DNA from: an uncultured Actinomycetota bacterium
GTDB taxonomy: Bacteria > Actinomycetota > Actinomycetes > CAVWCF01
NCBI GenBank assembly: GCA_963753435.1
Contig: CAVWCF010000001.1
Location: 1,312,001 to 1,376,000, forward strand
Length of the DNA: 64,000 bases
Reading direction: 5' to 3'
Shown: positions 50,629 through 60,826 of the stretch, one piece after another
Position numbering within the stretch: position 1 is the stretch's first letter
How the letters are laid out: each line of letters starts with the position of its first letter
The notes under the pieces: model-generated
Databases searched by the model: none
What the model was told of the DNA's origin: nothing
The model's input: only the letters and a program-made list of their open reading frames with translations
Made by a program: the position numbers and the translations under genes

Positions 50629-53043
50629 ATGGGCGGCCTTTGGACACGGTGGATCGCCCGGGACCTGCGACGGCGGTGGCTCCTGGTTCTTGCGATCGCC
50701 TTGGTGGTCGCATTGGGCACCGGCACCTACGCGGCCCTCATTGGGACCAGCACCTGGCGGACGCAGTCCAACGACGCGAGCTTTGAGGCGCTGGCCTTCC
50801 ATGACGTGCGGGTCTCGCTCACGACCGGAGCCACAGTTCAGGAGGGCAGGCTCGCCGGTTTGCTGAGCGACCTACCGTCGGCGGCAGCGGTCACCGCCGC
50901 CGAGGAGCGTCTCGCCGTGCCGACCCTGGTGGAGGTTGGTGAGTCGCTGGTGTCCGGGCGCCTGGTGGGGTCCGGGTCCGGGGCGCAGCCGCTGACCGTC
51001 AACCGTGTTCACATTGAGGCGGGGAACGCACCTGTCGCCGGACAGCCTGCCGGGATCCTGGAGTACAAGTTCGCGAGCGCCGTCGACGCGCCCGCCTCCG
51101 GAACGGTCCGGCTGAGCGGTGGTGCGCCGCTGGCCTACACCGGCCTCGGCTACCCGCCCGACGACTTCATCGTCTCCGGCGGCGGTGCCGGCTTCTTCCT
51201 CGCAGACAGCGGCTTCGCCTCGGTGTACACCTCGCTGCCGCTGTCCCAGCAGATCAGTGGCGCGGCCGCCCAGGTCAACGAAGTGGTTGTCAGGCTGGCG
51301 CCTGATGCCCAGCCCGCCGTGATAGCGGAGGAACTGACCGCCGCCTTGGCGGCTGCCGAACCGCCGATCAGCGCGACCGTGACCGTCGGGACCGAGGAGA
51401 TCTCTTACCGCGTGCTCTACGAGGACATCGAGCAGGACGAGGAGTTCTGGACGATCATCGCGATGCTCATGCTGATCGGAGCCACTTTCGCCGCGCTGAA
51501 TCTGATTGGCCGAGTGGTGGAGGGCGAGCGTCGCGAGATCGGCGTCGGCATGGCCCTGGGAAAGCCGACCTGGACCCTGGCGGTCCGTCCGATGCTGCTG
51601 GGCCTGGAGATCGCCGTGGTCGGCGTAGTGCTTGGCCTGCTGATCGGCTGGCTTCTGACCATTCCGTTGGAGAGTCTGTTCACGTCCCTGCTGCCGCTGC
51701 CGGTGTGGGAGACGCCGCTCGTTCTGGCTCCATTCTTCCGTGCCGCGGCCTTCGGCGTGCTCCTTCCGATGGCTGCGGTGACCTGGCCAGTGTGGCGGGC
51801 CGTGCGGGTTGAGCCGGTCGACGCCATTCGGGTCGGCCACCTCGCGGCCCACGGCGCCGGCTGGTCCGGGCTGCTGCGACGGATCCCAATGCCGGGCCGT
51901 TCCTACTGGGAGATGCCGCTGCGCAACCTGCTCCGCACCCCCCGCCGCACCGTGCTCACTGCACTCGGGGTGGCCATGGCCATCACCGTGACCATCACCG
52001 TCAGCGGGTTGATCGACTCCTTCAGCGCCACGATCGACGAGGCGGAAGCAGAGATGACGACCACCTCGCCCGATCGGTTGTCGGTCCGGCTGGACAGCTA
52101 CCGGCCGCTCAACGACCCGGTCTTCGCCGAGGTGTCGGCCCTGCCAGGGGTCGCCGAGGTGATCCCCGGGCTGGTGGTCGGGGCACGAGGGGCCAACGGC
52201 GACAGTGGGGACGTCGACCTCCTCGTGGAGGTCCTCGACCCGGCGACAGCGCCCTGGCAGCCCACCGTGATCGAAGGCGCCACCGGCGACGGGCTACTGC
52301 TGACCGAACCTGCACTGCGGGACCTGGGTGCCGCGGTCGGCGACGAGGTGACCCTGACCCATCCGGTCGTGACGGCGACCGGCGTCGCCCTCACCGACAG
52401 CCGGCTCCCCGTGGCAGGGGTCCACCCCTATCCACTGCGCCCCGTCACCTACCTTGATCCCGCCTCGGCGGTGGTCTTCGGCTTGAGCGGTGCGGCCAAC
52501 CAGTTGACGGTGCTACCCGAGGGCGACGCGAACCCCGACGACGTGAGGCGGGCCCTGTTCGGTGTCCCAGCAGTCGCCGGGGTCACTTCGCCTACCGGCC
52601 TGGCCGATGCCTTCCGTCAGGCGGTCGACGATTTCGTCGGAATCCTCGCCGTGGTCGCCCTGGTGACCATTGCCCTGGTCCTGCTGATCGCGTTCAACTC
52701 GGCCAGCATCTCCGCCGACGAGCGCCGCCGCGAGCACGCAACGATGTTCGCGTACGGCCTGCGCAGCCGGACGGTCCTCGGTATGACGATCACGGAGAGC
52801 GCGCTGCTCGGCGTTCTCGGGACGGCGTTCGGCATCGCTTTGGGGTCCGTCGTGCTCCGCTGGATGATCCTGTCGCAACTGCCTGACACCCTGCCCGAGA
52901 TCGGCCTCACGGTGGACTTGACTCGGGCCTCGATCGTGCAGGCGGCCGCGCTCGGCATCATCGCGCTCTCAGTGGCACCGCTCTTCACCGCTGGCCGGCT
53001 ACGTCACATGGACATACCGGGAACCCTGCGGGTCGTGGAATGA
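50629..53043 (+). CDS. FtsX/MacB-like double-domain permease
   Basis: Two TM-extracellular-3TM modules with ERREIGV and ERRREHA. Confidence 0.88.
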   Translation: MGGLWTRWIARDLRRRWLLVLAIALVVALGTGTYAALIGTSTWRTQSNDASFEALAFHDVRVSLTTGATVQEGRLAGLLSDLPSAAAVTAAEERLAVPTLVEVGESLVSGRLVGSGSGAQPLTVNRVHIEAGNAPVAGQPAGILEYKFASAVDAPASGTVRLSGGAPLAYTGLGYPPDDFIVSGGGAGFFLADSGFASVYTSLPLSQQISGAAAQVNEVVVRLAPDAQPAVIAEELTAALAAAEPPISATVTVGTEEISYRVLYEDIEQDEEFWTIIAMLMLIGATFAALNLIGRVVEGERREIGVGMALGKPTWTLAVRPMLLGLEIAVVGVVLGLLIGWLLTIPLESLFTSLLPLPVWETPLVLAPFFRAAAFGVLLPMAAVTWPVWRAVRVEPVDAIRVGHLAAHGAGWSGLLRRIPMPGRSYWEMPLRNLLRTPRRTVLTALGVAMAITVTITVSGLIDSFSATIDEAEAEMTTTSPDRLSVRLDSYRPLNDPVFAEVSALPGVAEVIPGLVVGARGANGDSGDVDLLVEVLDPATAPWQPTVIEGATGDGLLLTEPALRDLGAAVGDEVTLTHPVVTATGVALTDSRLPVAGVHPYPLRPVTYLDPASAVVFGLSGAANQLTVLPEGDANPDDVRRALFGVPAVAGVTSPTGLADAFRQAVDDFVGILAVVALVTIALVLLIAFNSASISADERRREHATMFAYGLRSRTVLGMTITESALLGVLGTAFGIALGSVVLRWMILSQLPDTLPEIGLTVDLTRASIVQAAALGIIALSVAPLFTAGRLRHMDIPGTLRVVE

Positions 53044-53065
53044 GCGGAGGGCGTGAACTCACGAG

Positions 53066-53152
53066 CGGAGGGCGTGGGATTCGAACCCACGAGGAGCGTG
53101 AACTCCTAGCGGTTTTCAAGACCGCCGCCATCGGCCACTAGGCGAGCCCTCC
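53066..53152 (-). tRNA. tRNA-Ser(TGA)
   Basis: GGAGGGC acceptor, GCGGT-CTTGAAA-ACCGC, long variable arm, GGTTCGAATCC; no encoded CCA. Confidence 0.96.
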
Positions 53153-53214
53153 CGGCTCGACAAGGGTAGGCGCTGCGCCGAGCGGTCGATGCGGCGTCAT
53201 GTCAGGGTGTCGAC

Positions 53215-53640
53215 ATGACGCATGACACCCATCATCGCCAGGTCCACATCGAGCGCACCGCACCCAAGCGGCTGACTGCCGTCAATGCCCGCGGCGGTCG
53301 GCTGGAAATGGGCACCGGGGACGACGCCGACTTCAGCCCGACCGAGCTGCTGCTGGCGGCACTGGGTGGCTGCACCGCCATCGATGTCGACGTGGTCACC
53401 AGTCGTCGCGCCGAACCGGAGGAGTTCAGCGTCCAGGTCGACGCGGAGAAGATCCGCGACGACGACGGCAACCGGCTGACTGATCTCGCGATCACGTTTC
53501 GCATCCGATTCCCTGAGGGCGAGGCCGGCGACGCGGCCCGCGAGGTCCTACCCGAGGCAGTGCGCAAGTCGCACGACCGCTGGTGCACCGTCGGTCGGAC
53601 CGTGACCGTGGGTACGCCGAGCACCGTCACGATCGAGTGA
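53215..53640 (+). CDS. OsmC family protein
   Basis: SPTELLLAALGGCT and WCTVGRT. Confidence 0.88.
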   Translation: MTHDTHHRQVHIERTAPKRLTAVNARGGRLEMGTGDDADFSPTELLLAALGGCTAIDVDVVTSRRAEPEEFSVQVDAEKIRDDDGNRLTDLAITFRIRFPEGEAGDAAREVLPEAVRKSHDRWCTVGRTVTVGTPSTVTIE

Positions 53641-53665
53641 CCGCGACGGCTGAGAGGATGACGCC

Positions 53666-53980
53666 GTGAAAGGCGCGCTGCTCCGCTACCGAGTGATGTC
53701 CTACGTCACCGGCGTAGTGCTGGCGCTGGGCACGATCGCCGCGTTGCTGAAGTACGCCGGCGGCCCGGAGTTGCCCGGATACAGCGCGTTGTGGATCGGC
53801 CACGGCTGGCTCTACATGATCTACCTGGTCACCGTTCTGGACCTTGGTATTCGCGCCCGATTCGGGTTGGCCAAGATCGTCGGCGTCTGTCTGGCCGGGA
53901 CGATCCCGTTCGCCGCGTTCTTCGTTGAACCCCGCATCCACCGCTCGGTGGAACGGCTCAGCAACGACCTATTGGCCTGA
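53666..53980 (+). CDS. DUF3817-like membrane protein
   Basis: RYRVMSYVTG, HGWLYMIY, LAGTIPF. Confidence 0.8.
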   Translation: MKGALLRYRVMSYVTGVVLALGTIAALLKYAGGPELPGYSALWIGHGWLYMIYLVTVLDLGIRARFGLAKIVGVCLAGTIPFAAFFVEPRIHRSVERLSNDLLA

Positions 53981-53989
53981 ATGGCGCAT

Positions 53990-54715
53990 TCACGTTGGTG
54001 GCCCTGTTGGGGTTGAGTGGGCGTGCGTGCCGATCGCGCGGATGGTCAGGAAGCCGGCGACCGCGGCGACCACCCACCACTGGATCGCGTAGCCCAACGA
54101 CCGCCACGACGTGCGCACCACGGGCGCCGTCTGCGGTGACGGCAACGGCTCCACGCCTTGAGGCGTCGGCGTCTGCTCCGCCAACTGCAGCACCGCGTTG
54201 ACGAGCCGATAGTCGACCTCGCTCACCAAGGGCACCGGGCTCAACGCCGGCAACTCGGTGGGTGTGAGCCCGGCTAGATCGGCCGGGTCCAGCGGTTCAG
54301 CCGCGATCAGCCAGCCGAGCACCTCGACTTCGCCGCCGTTCGGCGGCGGTGCCGCCGATCCGGTGGGCACTGTTCCCCGGGCGACCAGGACCGCGTCTCC
54401 GGTAGCGAACAACAACGGCGTCATCACTACGTCCGTAGCTGGAACCAAGCCCGGGTCGACGACGATGCGCTGCTGCGTCTCGTCGAAGCGGCCGATCACC
54501 CGGACCGCGCGCGGCGGCTCCCCAACGCGCACGATGCGGTCCTCGCCGATGGCGTCCGCAAGGTCCACGGCCTCGTCCAGACCGACCTGCGGCGGCGGTA
54601 GTTCCGTGCGCGCCCGGTCCCACTGCCAGGCACCAAGACCGACGAAGAACACCATCGTCACCAGTGCCACCAGGATCAGTGCAATCCACCGGGGCGAAAG
54701 CAGGAACCGGTACAC
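53990..54715 (-). CDS. SURF1 family protein
   Basis: LGAWQWDR, VLVARG, GYAIQWW. Confidence 0.82.
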   Translation of the reverse strand: MYRFLLSPRWIALILVALVTMVFFVGLGAWQWDRARTELPPPQVGLDEAVDLADAIGEDRIVRVGEPPRAVRVIGRFDETQQRIVVDPGLVPATDVVMTPLLFATGDAVLVARGTVPTGSAAPPPNGGEVEVLGWLIAAEPLDPADLAGLTPTELPALSPVPLVSEVDYRLVNAVLQLAEQTPTPQGVEPLPSPQTAPVVRTSWRSLGYAIQWWVVAAVAGFLTIRAIGTHAHSTPTGPPT

Positions 54716-54725
54716 CGGGAAATCG

Positions 54726-55805
54726 TCAGGCCCGCGGCCGGCGCAATCCGGCGGCGCCCTTGGCCCCCCTGGCGATCACCAACTGGTCGCCACGCTCCAG
54801 CTCGGCGACCACCGGCTCGTCGTAGCGACGCTTCACGCCATCGCGGATGACGGCGATTACCGGTTCGTTCACTTCCCGCGGGGACTTGCCGACCTCGTCG
54901 GGGGTGATGGGCCGCTGCGCCAGTTCCAGCCCCGAGCCGGCCGACAGCAGATCCTCGATGACCTCGCCGACCAGTGGGGCGTTTGCTGCCAGACCCATGA
55001 TCCGGCCAGCGGCCTCTGAGGACGTGATCACGTTGTCGGCGCCGGACTCCCGGGCCAGGTCAACGTTGGAGTCCTCCCGGACCGACGTCACGATCAGGGC
55101 GGTCGGGTTGAGCCGACGAGCGTTCAGCGTGGCCAGGATCGCGGTGGCGTCGTCCTTGACCGCGATGATGAACCTGCGCGCCCGGAGCGCCTCGGCCTGC
55201 CGCAGGATGTCCGCGTCGGCACCGGAGCCGGTGATGGCGGTGTAACCGTCGGCCTTGGCCCGGCTGAGTTCCTCCTCGCCGGACTCGATCACCACGATGT
55301 CCTTGCTCGGCACGCCGGAGTCGATCAGCGACTGCACAGCCGCGCGACCCTTGACGCCGTACCCGATGACGATGTTGTGGGCGATCACGCTCTTCCTCCA
55401 ACGATCTCTTCGGTACCCGGCCCGCGCGTCCTTGGTGAGCAACTCAACTGTCGTCCCGACCAGGGTGAACAGGAACAGGACGCGCAGCGGCGTCACCAGG
55501 AAGACGTTCGACAGCCGGGCCAGGTCCGACACCGGCGAGACGTCCCCGTACCCGGTTGTCGACAGCGTGACGGTCGAGTAATACAGCGCGTCCAGATACG
55601 AGACTTCGCCGTCGGCGGTATCGGTGTAACCATCCCGGTCCAGCCAGACCAGCACCGACAGCAGCACCAGCAGGAACACCGCGAACCCGACGCGGACGGC
55701 AACCTTCCGGAGTGCCGGCACCTCGCGCTCGGGCAGAATGACTTCGCCGTACGCGTACTCCGCACGCGGGCCGTCGGCCACGGCGCTGGGTCTTGCCTCG
55801 CTCAC
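54726..55805 (-). CDS. potassium channel with RCK/TrkA-N domain
   Basis: STTGYGD filter, VIGYGVKG. Confidence 0.92.
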   Translation of the reverse strand: MSEARPSAVADGPRAEYAYGEVILPEREVPALRKVAVRVGFAVFLLVLLSVLVWLDRDGYTDTADGEVSYLDALYYSTVTLSTTGYGDVSPVSDLARLSNVFLVTPLRVLFLFTLVGTTVELLTKDARAGYRRDRWRKSVIAHNIVIGYGVKGRAAVQSLIDSGVPSKDIVVIESGEEELSRAKADGYTAITGSGADADILRQAEALRARRFIIAVKDDATAILATLNARRLNPTALIVTSVREDSNVDLARESGADNVITSSEAAGRIMGLAANAPLVGEVIEDLLSAGSGLELAQRPITPDEVGKSPREVNEPVIAVIRDGVKRRYDEPVVAELERGDQLVIARGAKGAAGLRRPRA

Positions 55806-55815
55806 GAGCCGAACC

Positions 55816-56577
55816 CTACGGCGGCTTCGGCGCCCAATCCGGCAGGCGCTGCTCACGGAACGCGGCTATCCCTTCGGCCGCCTCCGCGGACGCGAACCGT
55901 TCCGCCGACACCTCCGCCGCCCAGGCGGCTGCGGACTCACCCGACTCCGGCCCCCGCCGCAGCACCTCCTTGGTGGCCGCCAGCGCTTGCGGACCGCCGC
56001 GGCGGATCGACGCCACCCAGGCGTCCACCTGCTCATCCAATGCGGCAATGTCGTCGGCGGACCGGGTGAGCAGACCCGCAGCTGCCATGAACTCCGCGTC
56101 CACGCGCTCGCCGGTGAGCATCAACTCCGCGGCCTGCCGCGTTCGCATCACCCGCAGGCAATGCCCGGCGATCACGGCCGGGGTCACCCCCAAACGCACT
56201 TCGGCGAAGGCAAACCTCGCGGTGCGCGGCGCGATGGCCAGGTCGCAGGCGGCTATCAGTCCCAGGCCACCGCCGTAAGCGTCACCGTTGACCCGCGCGA
56301 TCGTTGGTACGGGCAGCGCCGCGAGGGCGCCCAGCAGCCCACCCAACTGTTGCGGCGCGTCTTCGTCGAAGCCGCTGAGGTCGGCGCCGGCGCAGAACAC
56401 CGGACCGGCCGCCGTCAGCACGACGACTCGCACCGACCCGTCAGCGGCCACGCCGGTGAGCGCTGAGCCCAGCCCGGACATCAGCTCGCGGCTCAGGCGG
56501 TTGCGGTGCTTGGGGTCGGCGAGGGTGATCGTGGCCCGGCCGTCAGCCACGGTGACGGTGACCAGGTCGGAGCTCAC
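55816..56577 (-). CDS. enoyl-CoA hydratase family protein
   Basis: FCAGADL, AYGGGLGLIAACD, FAEVRLG. Confidence 0.92.
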   Translation of the reverse strand: MSSDLVTVTVADGRATITLADPKHRNRLSRELMSGLGSALTGVAADGSVRVVVLTAAGPVFCAGADLSGFDEDAPQQLGGLLGALAALPVPTIARVNGDAYGGGLGLIAACDLAIAPRTARFAFAEVRLGVTPAVIAGHCLRVMRTRQAAELMLTGERVDAEFMAAAGLLTRSADDIAALDEQVDAWVASIRRGGPQALAATKEVLRRGPESGESAAAWAAEVSAERFASAEAAEGIAAFREQRLPDWAPKPP

Positions 56578-56636
56578 CCGCCCACCTTGCCGTAGCCGGT
56601 GCCGTCCGCGCAGGCGCTCGCTCTACGCTCGCGCAG

Positions 56637-57617
56637 GTGCGCGCAATAGTCATCACGGAACCGGGCGACCCTTCGGTGCTGTCCTGGGAAGAGGTCATCG
56701 ACCCCGTACCCGCTGCCGGTGAGGTGCTGGTGCGGGTAGCCGCCAGCGCCGTCAACCGGGCCGACGTCCTGCAACGCAAGGGCTACTACCCCCCGCCGCC
56801 GGGCGCCTCGCCGCTGCCGGGCCTGGAGTGCTCCGGAACCGTCGCCGCGTTGGGGCCTGGCGTCACCGATTGGACGGTCGGCGACGAGGTGTGCGCGATC
56901 GTGTCCGGCGGTGGCTATGCCGAATTGGTGGCGGTGCCCGCCGGCCAACTCATGCCCGTGCCGCCCGGCATCGACCTGGTTACCGCCGCCGCAATACCGG
57001 AGGTCGCGGCCACCGTCTGGTCGAACGTGTTCATGCTCGCCGGACTGCGGCCCGGCGAGACGCTGCTGTTGCATGGCGGCTCCTCCGGAATCGGCACATT
57101 CGGGATCCAGTTGGCAAAGGCGCTAGGCGCCCGCGTCGCCGTCACCGCCGGGACCGACCAGAAACTGCAGCGCTGCGCGGAACTAGGCGCGGAGGTGCTG
57201 ATCAACTATCGGGAGCAGGACTTCGTCGCCGAGGTGCTGGCTGCCACCGAAGGTGCCGGTGCGGACGTGATCCTGGACAACATGGGGGCCAAGTACCTGG
57301 CCCGCAACGTCGAGGTGTTGGCCGTGAACGGCCGCCTGGTCATCATCGGCATGCAAGGCGGCACCACCGCCGAACTGGACATCGCGAGGCTGCTGAACAA
57401 GCGGGCTGCGGTGCTGGCTACCTCACTGCGGCAACGCAGCGAGGCGGAGAAGGCCGCGATTGTTGCGTCCACCGTCGAACACGTTTGGCCGCTGCTGGCT
57501 GACGGCACGATTCACCCGGTCGTGGATCGCGTCCTGCCCATGAGCGACGCGGCGGCGGCGCACGCGCTGATGGAGTCCTCAGAGCACGTCGGCAAGATCC
57601 TGCTCAAGACGCCGTGA
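56637..57617 (+). CDS. NAD(P)H-quinone oxidoreductase (PIG3 type)
   Basis: VNRADVLQRKG.YPPP, GLECSG, HGGSSGIG, HVGKILL. Confidence 0.92.
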   Translation: MRAIVITEPGDPSVLSWEEVIDPVPAAGEVLVRVAASAVNRADVLQRKGYYPPPPGASPLPGLECSGTVAALGPGVTDWTVGDEVCAIVSGGGYAELVAVPAGQLMPVPPGIDLVTAAAIPEVAATVWSNVFMLAGLRPGETLLLHGGSSGIGTFGIQLAKALGARVAVTAGTDQKLQRCAELGAEVLINYREQDFVAEVLAATEGAGADVILDNMGAKYLARNVEVLAVNGRLVIIGMQGGTTAELDIARLLNKRAAVLATSLRQRSEAEKAAIVASTVEHVWPLLADGTIHPVVDRVLPMSDAAAAHALMESSEHVGKILLKTP

Positions 57618-58764
57618 CCGGGCGCAGCCGAGTCGGCACCAGTCGACTGGTCAGCGGACCCAGGATCGCCAGGATCAGGACGTAGGCGGTCGCCAACGGC
57701 GCCAGCTCGTTGTTCACGCCGGCCGCGATGCCCGCGATCACCAGCGAGAACTCGCCCCGGGCCACGAGCGCGGTGCCGGCCCGCAAGCGGCCGCGGGTCG
57801 CCGCACCTTCGCGGGCAGCGGCGTTGGCGCCCGACCACACCTTTGTCACTGCGGTGACGACGGCCAGCAACAGCGCGGCCGGCAGAACTGGTGGTAGGTC
57901 GCTCAGGTCCACGTTGAGCCCGATGCTGACGAAGAAGAGCGCGGCGAACACGTCCCGCAACGGTGCGATGAGCTCTCGGGCCCGCCGCGCCTCCTGTCCG
58001 ACCAAGGCCAGGCCGACCAGGAACGCGCCAACGGCGGCCGAAGCGTCCACGAACTCCGCAAGGCCGGCGACCAGCAGGGTGAGACCCAGGACGCGCAGGA
58101 GCAGATGCTCGTCACGCTGGGAGGAGACCGCCCGGGCGACCCGCTCGCCCTGCCGTGCCGACAGCCAAAGCGCGGCGGCGACCACGGCGACAGCCAGCGC
58201 CACCCCAAGCAGCGCCCGGGGCCACTCGCCACCGCTGGCCAGCACCGCCAGCACCGGCAGGTAGATCGCCATGGCGATGTCTTCCAGCACCAGCACGCTC
58301 AGCACTGCCGGTGTCTCCCGGTTGGCCAGTCGACCCAGGTCGGAAAGCAGCTGCGCCACGATCCCTGATGACGAAATCCAGGTAACCCCGGCCAGAGCGA
58401 AACTGCCCACGAAGCCGAAACCCAACAACCAGCCGATGACGAAACCCGGTGTTGCGTTGGCCAGCAGGTCGATGAAGCCGGAAGGCAAATGCCGACGCAT
58501 GGCCGAGGAGAACTCCGCGGCGGTGAACTCCAGGCCCAGGCTGAGCAGGAGCAGCACCACGCCCAGGACCGCCGCCACCTCTATGAATCCGGCCGCCGGG
58601 TCGGTGTCGAACCACGGAGTGGCGCCCAGCCCCAGCCCGGCCAGCAGATACAGCGGGATCCCCGGAAGGGAGAGGCGACTGGCGAGCACCCCAAGTAGAC
58701 CCAGCCCGAGGAGTACGGCGCCGAGTTCCAGCAGTGCCGAGGCGCTATCGCCTCCGGCGGCCAT
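57604..58764 (-). CDS. CPA2 cation/proton antiporter (KhtU-like)
   Basis: LGLEF, ISSSGI, LVLEDI, RGEFSLVIA. Confidence 0.9.
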   Translation of the reverse strand: MAAGGDSASALLELGAVLLGLGLLGVLASRLSLPGIPLYLLAGLGLGATPWFDTDPAAGFIEVAAVLGVVLLLLSLGLEFTAAEFSSAMRRHLPSGFIDLLANATPGFVIGWLLGFGFVGSFALAGVTWISSSGIVAQLLSDLGRLANRETPAVLSVLVLEDIAMAIYLPVLAVLASGGEWPRALLGVALAVAVVAAALWLSARQGERVARAVSSQRDEHLLLRVLGLTLLVAGLAEFVDASAAVGAFLVGLALVGQEARRARELIAPLRDVFAALFFVSIGLNVDLSDLPPVLPAALLLAVVTAVTKVWSGANAAAREGAATRGRLRAGTALVARGEFSLVIAGIAAGVNNELAPLATAYVLILAILGPLTSRLVPTRLRPVTAS

Positions 58765-58774
58765 GACGAACAGG

Positions 58775-59254
58775 TCAGGCCCCCAGAATCCGCTCGACGC
58801 CGTGGATGCCCTCATGGGTCCCGATCACCACGAGCACGTCCCCGGCCCGCAGTGGCTCCGCCGGACTCGGCGACGCAACCACGTCGTCGCCGCGCACGAT
58901 GGCAACAACGCTTGCCCCGGTGAGGGTGCGCGCCCTCGTGTCCCCAAGGGTCTTGCCGTCGTACTCCGAGCCCGGACCAATAGCCACCTGGCCCGCCGAC
59001 AGCCCAGGCACCTCTTTGGTGAGGTCCGCGAACCGTTCAGCGATGCGCGGGGCGCCGAGGATCTCGGCCACGGCCTCAGCCTCGTGCGGGGTCAGGCTGA
59101 TGAGTTCGCGGCACTCGTCGGGATCGCCGGACTCGTACAGCGCCAGATCTATCTCGCCGCTTCGACGCGCGACCATGGCCATCCGCTGCCCGGCAGCGGT
59201 GGTGAACTCGTAGCGCAGCCCGACGCCGGGCAGCAGCACTTCGGTGACGTCCAT
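58775..59254 (-). CDS. antiporter regulatory subunit (KhtT-like, RCK_C)
   Basis: LPGVGLRYEF, TGASVVAIVR, GDVLVVIG. Confidence 0.9.
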   Translation of the reverse strand: MDVTEVLLPGVGLRYEFTTAAGQRMAMVARRSGEIDLALYESGDPDECRELISLTPHEAEAVAEILGAPRIAERFADLTKEVPGLSAGQVAIGPGSEYDGKTLGDTRARTLTGASVVAIVRGDDVVASPSPAEPLRAGDVLVVIGTHEGIHGVERILGA

Positions 59255-59294
59255 ACCCGCATCCTGCCGCGAACGTTGGCCGGCGGCAGCAGCG

Positions 59295-60251
59295 CTACTC
59301 CTCGTCGCCGAAGACGCTGAACACCGCGAGGGCATGCATTCCCACGGATTCGTACAGCCGGACCGCGCCGGTCGGGTTGGCCGCGTCCACGGTCAACTGC
59401 AGTTGGCCGTAGCCGGCATCGGCCGCGTCGTGCATGGCCCGGTGCAGAAGCGCCTTGGCCAACCCCCGGCCACGGTGCTGCGGCACCGTCGCCAGCGTGT
59501 ACACGAAACCGGCATTCAGCTCAGCCATGCGGTGACCACCGATCATGGTTGCCGCGATCTGCGCGTCGTTGGTCTCAACCAGCCACCACAAGCCGGGGTC
59601 GTGGCCGGCCACACCTTGCAGGTCGCTTAGCCAGACCTCGTAGGCACGCGGATGCGAGCGCCAGTGGTCGGCAAAGCCCGCCTCGGTGGCCGCATGAAAC
59701 GCCCGCAGCTCCGCGTCCGTCGCCGCTGCCCGCCGCAGCCGGTACCCGTCCGGCAGTGACACCGAGGGCAGAACCGGCGGCAGGTTCATCCCCATCCGCC
59801 AGAACATGCGGACCCGGCGCAGCCCAGCGGCCTCGTAGTGGCTGATGCTGCGGGCATCGTGTTGGTGCACGCCAGCTGTGAGCGGCAGACGCAGTCCGCT
59901 GATTTGCCGCGCCGCCGCCACCGCCTGTAGGCCCCGGGTCAGTAGCCACGTGATCACATCTTCGGCGACTTCGGGATGCGGGTAGACGTCGATCTCCGCC
60001 TCGTCGGTTGCGGTGTCGACGTAGACCAATGCGGCGGCGCGCAACTGCCCGGCGGGGTCGTGCACCAGCCAGGCCCGGGAAACCAGGTCGACCGTGCGCT
60101 CCTGCAGCAGCGCCTCGATCTGCCCCAAGGTCACATCCGGCGCAGCCAGAAACTGCGCGTCGTGAGCCAGCACCAAGTCGGTGATGGCGGGTGCATCGGA
60201 CAGTTGCGGGTGCCGCCAGGAGTAGCCCAGGGGCAGCGTCGGATCGGTCAC
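59295..60251 (-). CDS. tandem GNAT acetyltransferase
   Basis: HRGRGLAKALL, NPTGAVRLYESVG. Confidence 0.85.
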   Translation of the reverse strand: MTDPTLPLGYSWRHPQLSDAPAITDLVLAHDAQFLAAPDVTLGQIEALLQERTVDLVSRAWLVHDPAGQLRAAALVYVDTATDEAEIDVYPHPEVAEDVITWLLTRGLQAVAAARQISGLRLPLTAGVHQHDARSISHYEAAGLRRVRMFWRMGMNLPPVLPSVSLPDGYRLRRAAATDAELRAFHAATEAGFADHWRSHPRAYEVWLSDLQGVAGHDPGLWWLVETNDAQIAATMIGGHRMAELNAGFVYTLATVPQHRGRGLAKALLHRAMHDAADAGYGQLQLTVDAANPTGAVRLYESVGMHALAVFSVFGDEE

Positions 60252-60313
60252 GCAGCGGAGCCTGGCGCAGGGGTGGCGTCGCGGTCCAACCCGACCTGCG
60301 TGAAGATGGCGGG

Positions 60314-60826
60314 ATGACACAGCAACCGCCATTTCAGCCAGGCACCGACGCGATCGTCGTCGTCGGCCCGGACAGCGGGCCAGTGGGCGAGGAGCAGGCG
60401 GGTACACAGCTGACCGACTTGGTTGAGCAGCCGGCCAAGGTCATGCGCGTCGGCAGCATGATCAAGCAGTTGCTGGAGGAGGTGCGCAACGCCCCGCTGG
60501 ATGAGGCGGGCCGCCGTCGCCTGCGCGACATCCACCACCGCAGCATCGCCGAACTGGAGGACGGACTGGCTCCCGAACTCGTGGCCGAGTTGGACCGACT
60601 GTCACTGCCGTTCGGCGATGACGAGGTACCCACCGAGGCCGAACTGCGCATCGCGCAAGCGCAACTGGTCGGTTGGCTGGAGGGCCTGTTCCACGGCATC
60701 CAGACCGCGCTCTTCGCCCAGCAGATGGCCGCCCGCGCCCAGTTCGAGGAGATGCGCCGCCGGGCACTGCCGGCCGGCGAAGGCGAGCAGCCGGAGCAAC
60801 CGGGAATTCACGGCAACTACCTGTGA
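60314..60826 (+). CDS. bpa: bacterial proteasome activator Bpa/PafE
   Basis: VEQPAKVMRVGSMIKQLLEEV, ELRIAQAQLVGWLEGLFHGIQ, C-terminal GNYL. Confidence 0.93.
   Translation: MTQQPPFQPGTDAIVVVGPDSGPVGEEQAGTQLTDLVEQPAKVMRVGSMIKQLLEEVRNAPLDEAGRRRLRDIHHRSIAELEDGLAPELVAELDRLSLPFGDDEVPTEAELRIAQAQLVGWLEGLFHGIQTALFAQQMAARAQFEEMRRRALPAGEGEQPEQPGIHGNYL

Larger units (their letters stand above)
49459..53120. mobile_element. integrase-less genomic island remnant in tRNA-Ser(TGA)
   Basis: Bounded by 58-bp direct repeats; contains only an ABC ATPase and permease plus about 340 bp of apparently non-coding DNA. Confidence 0.75.
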
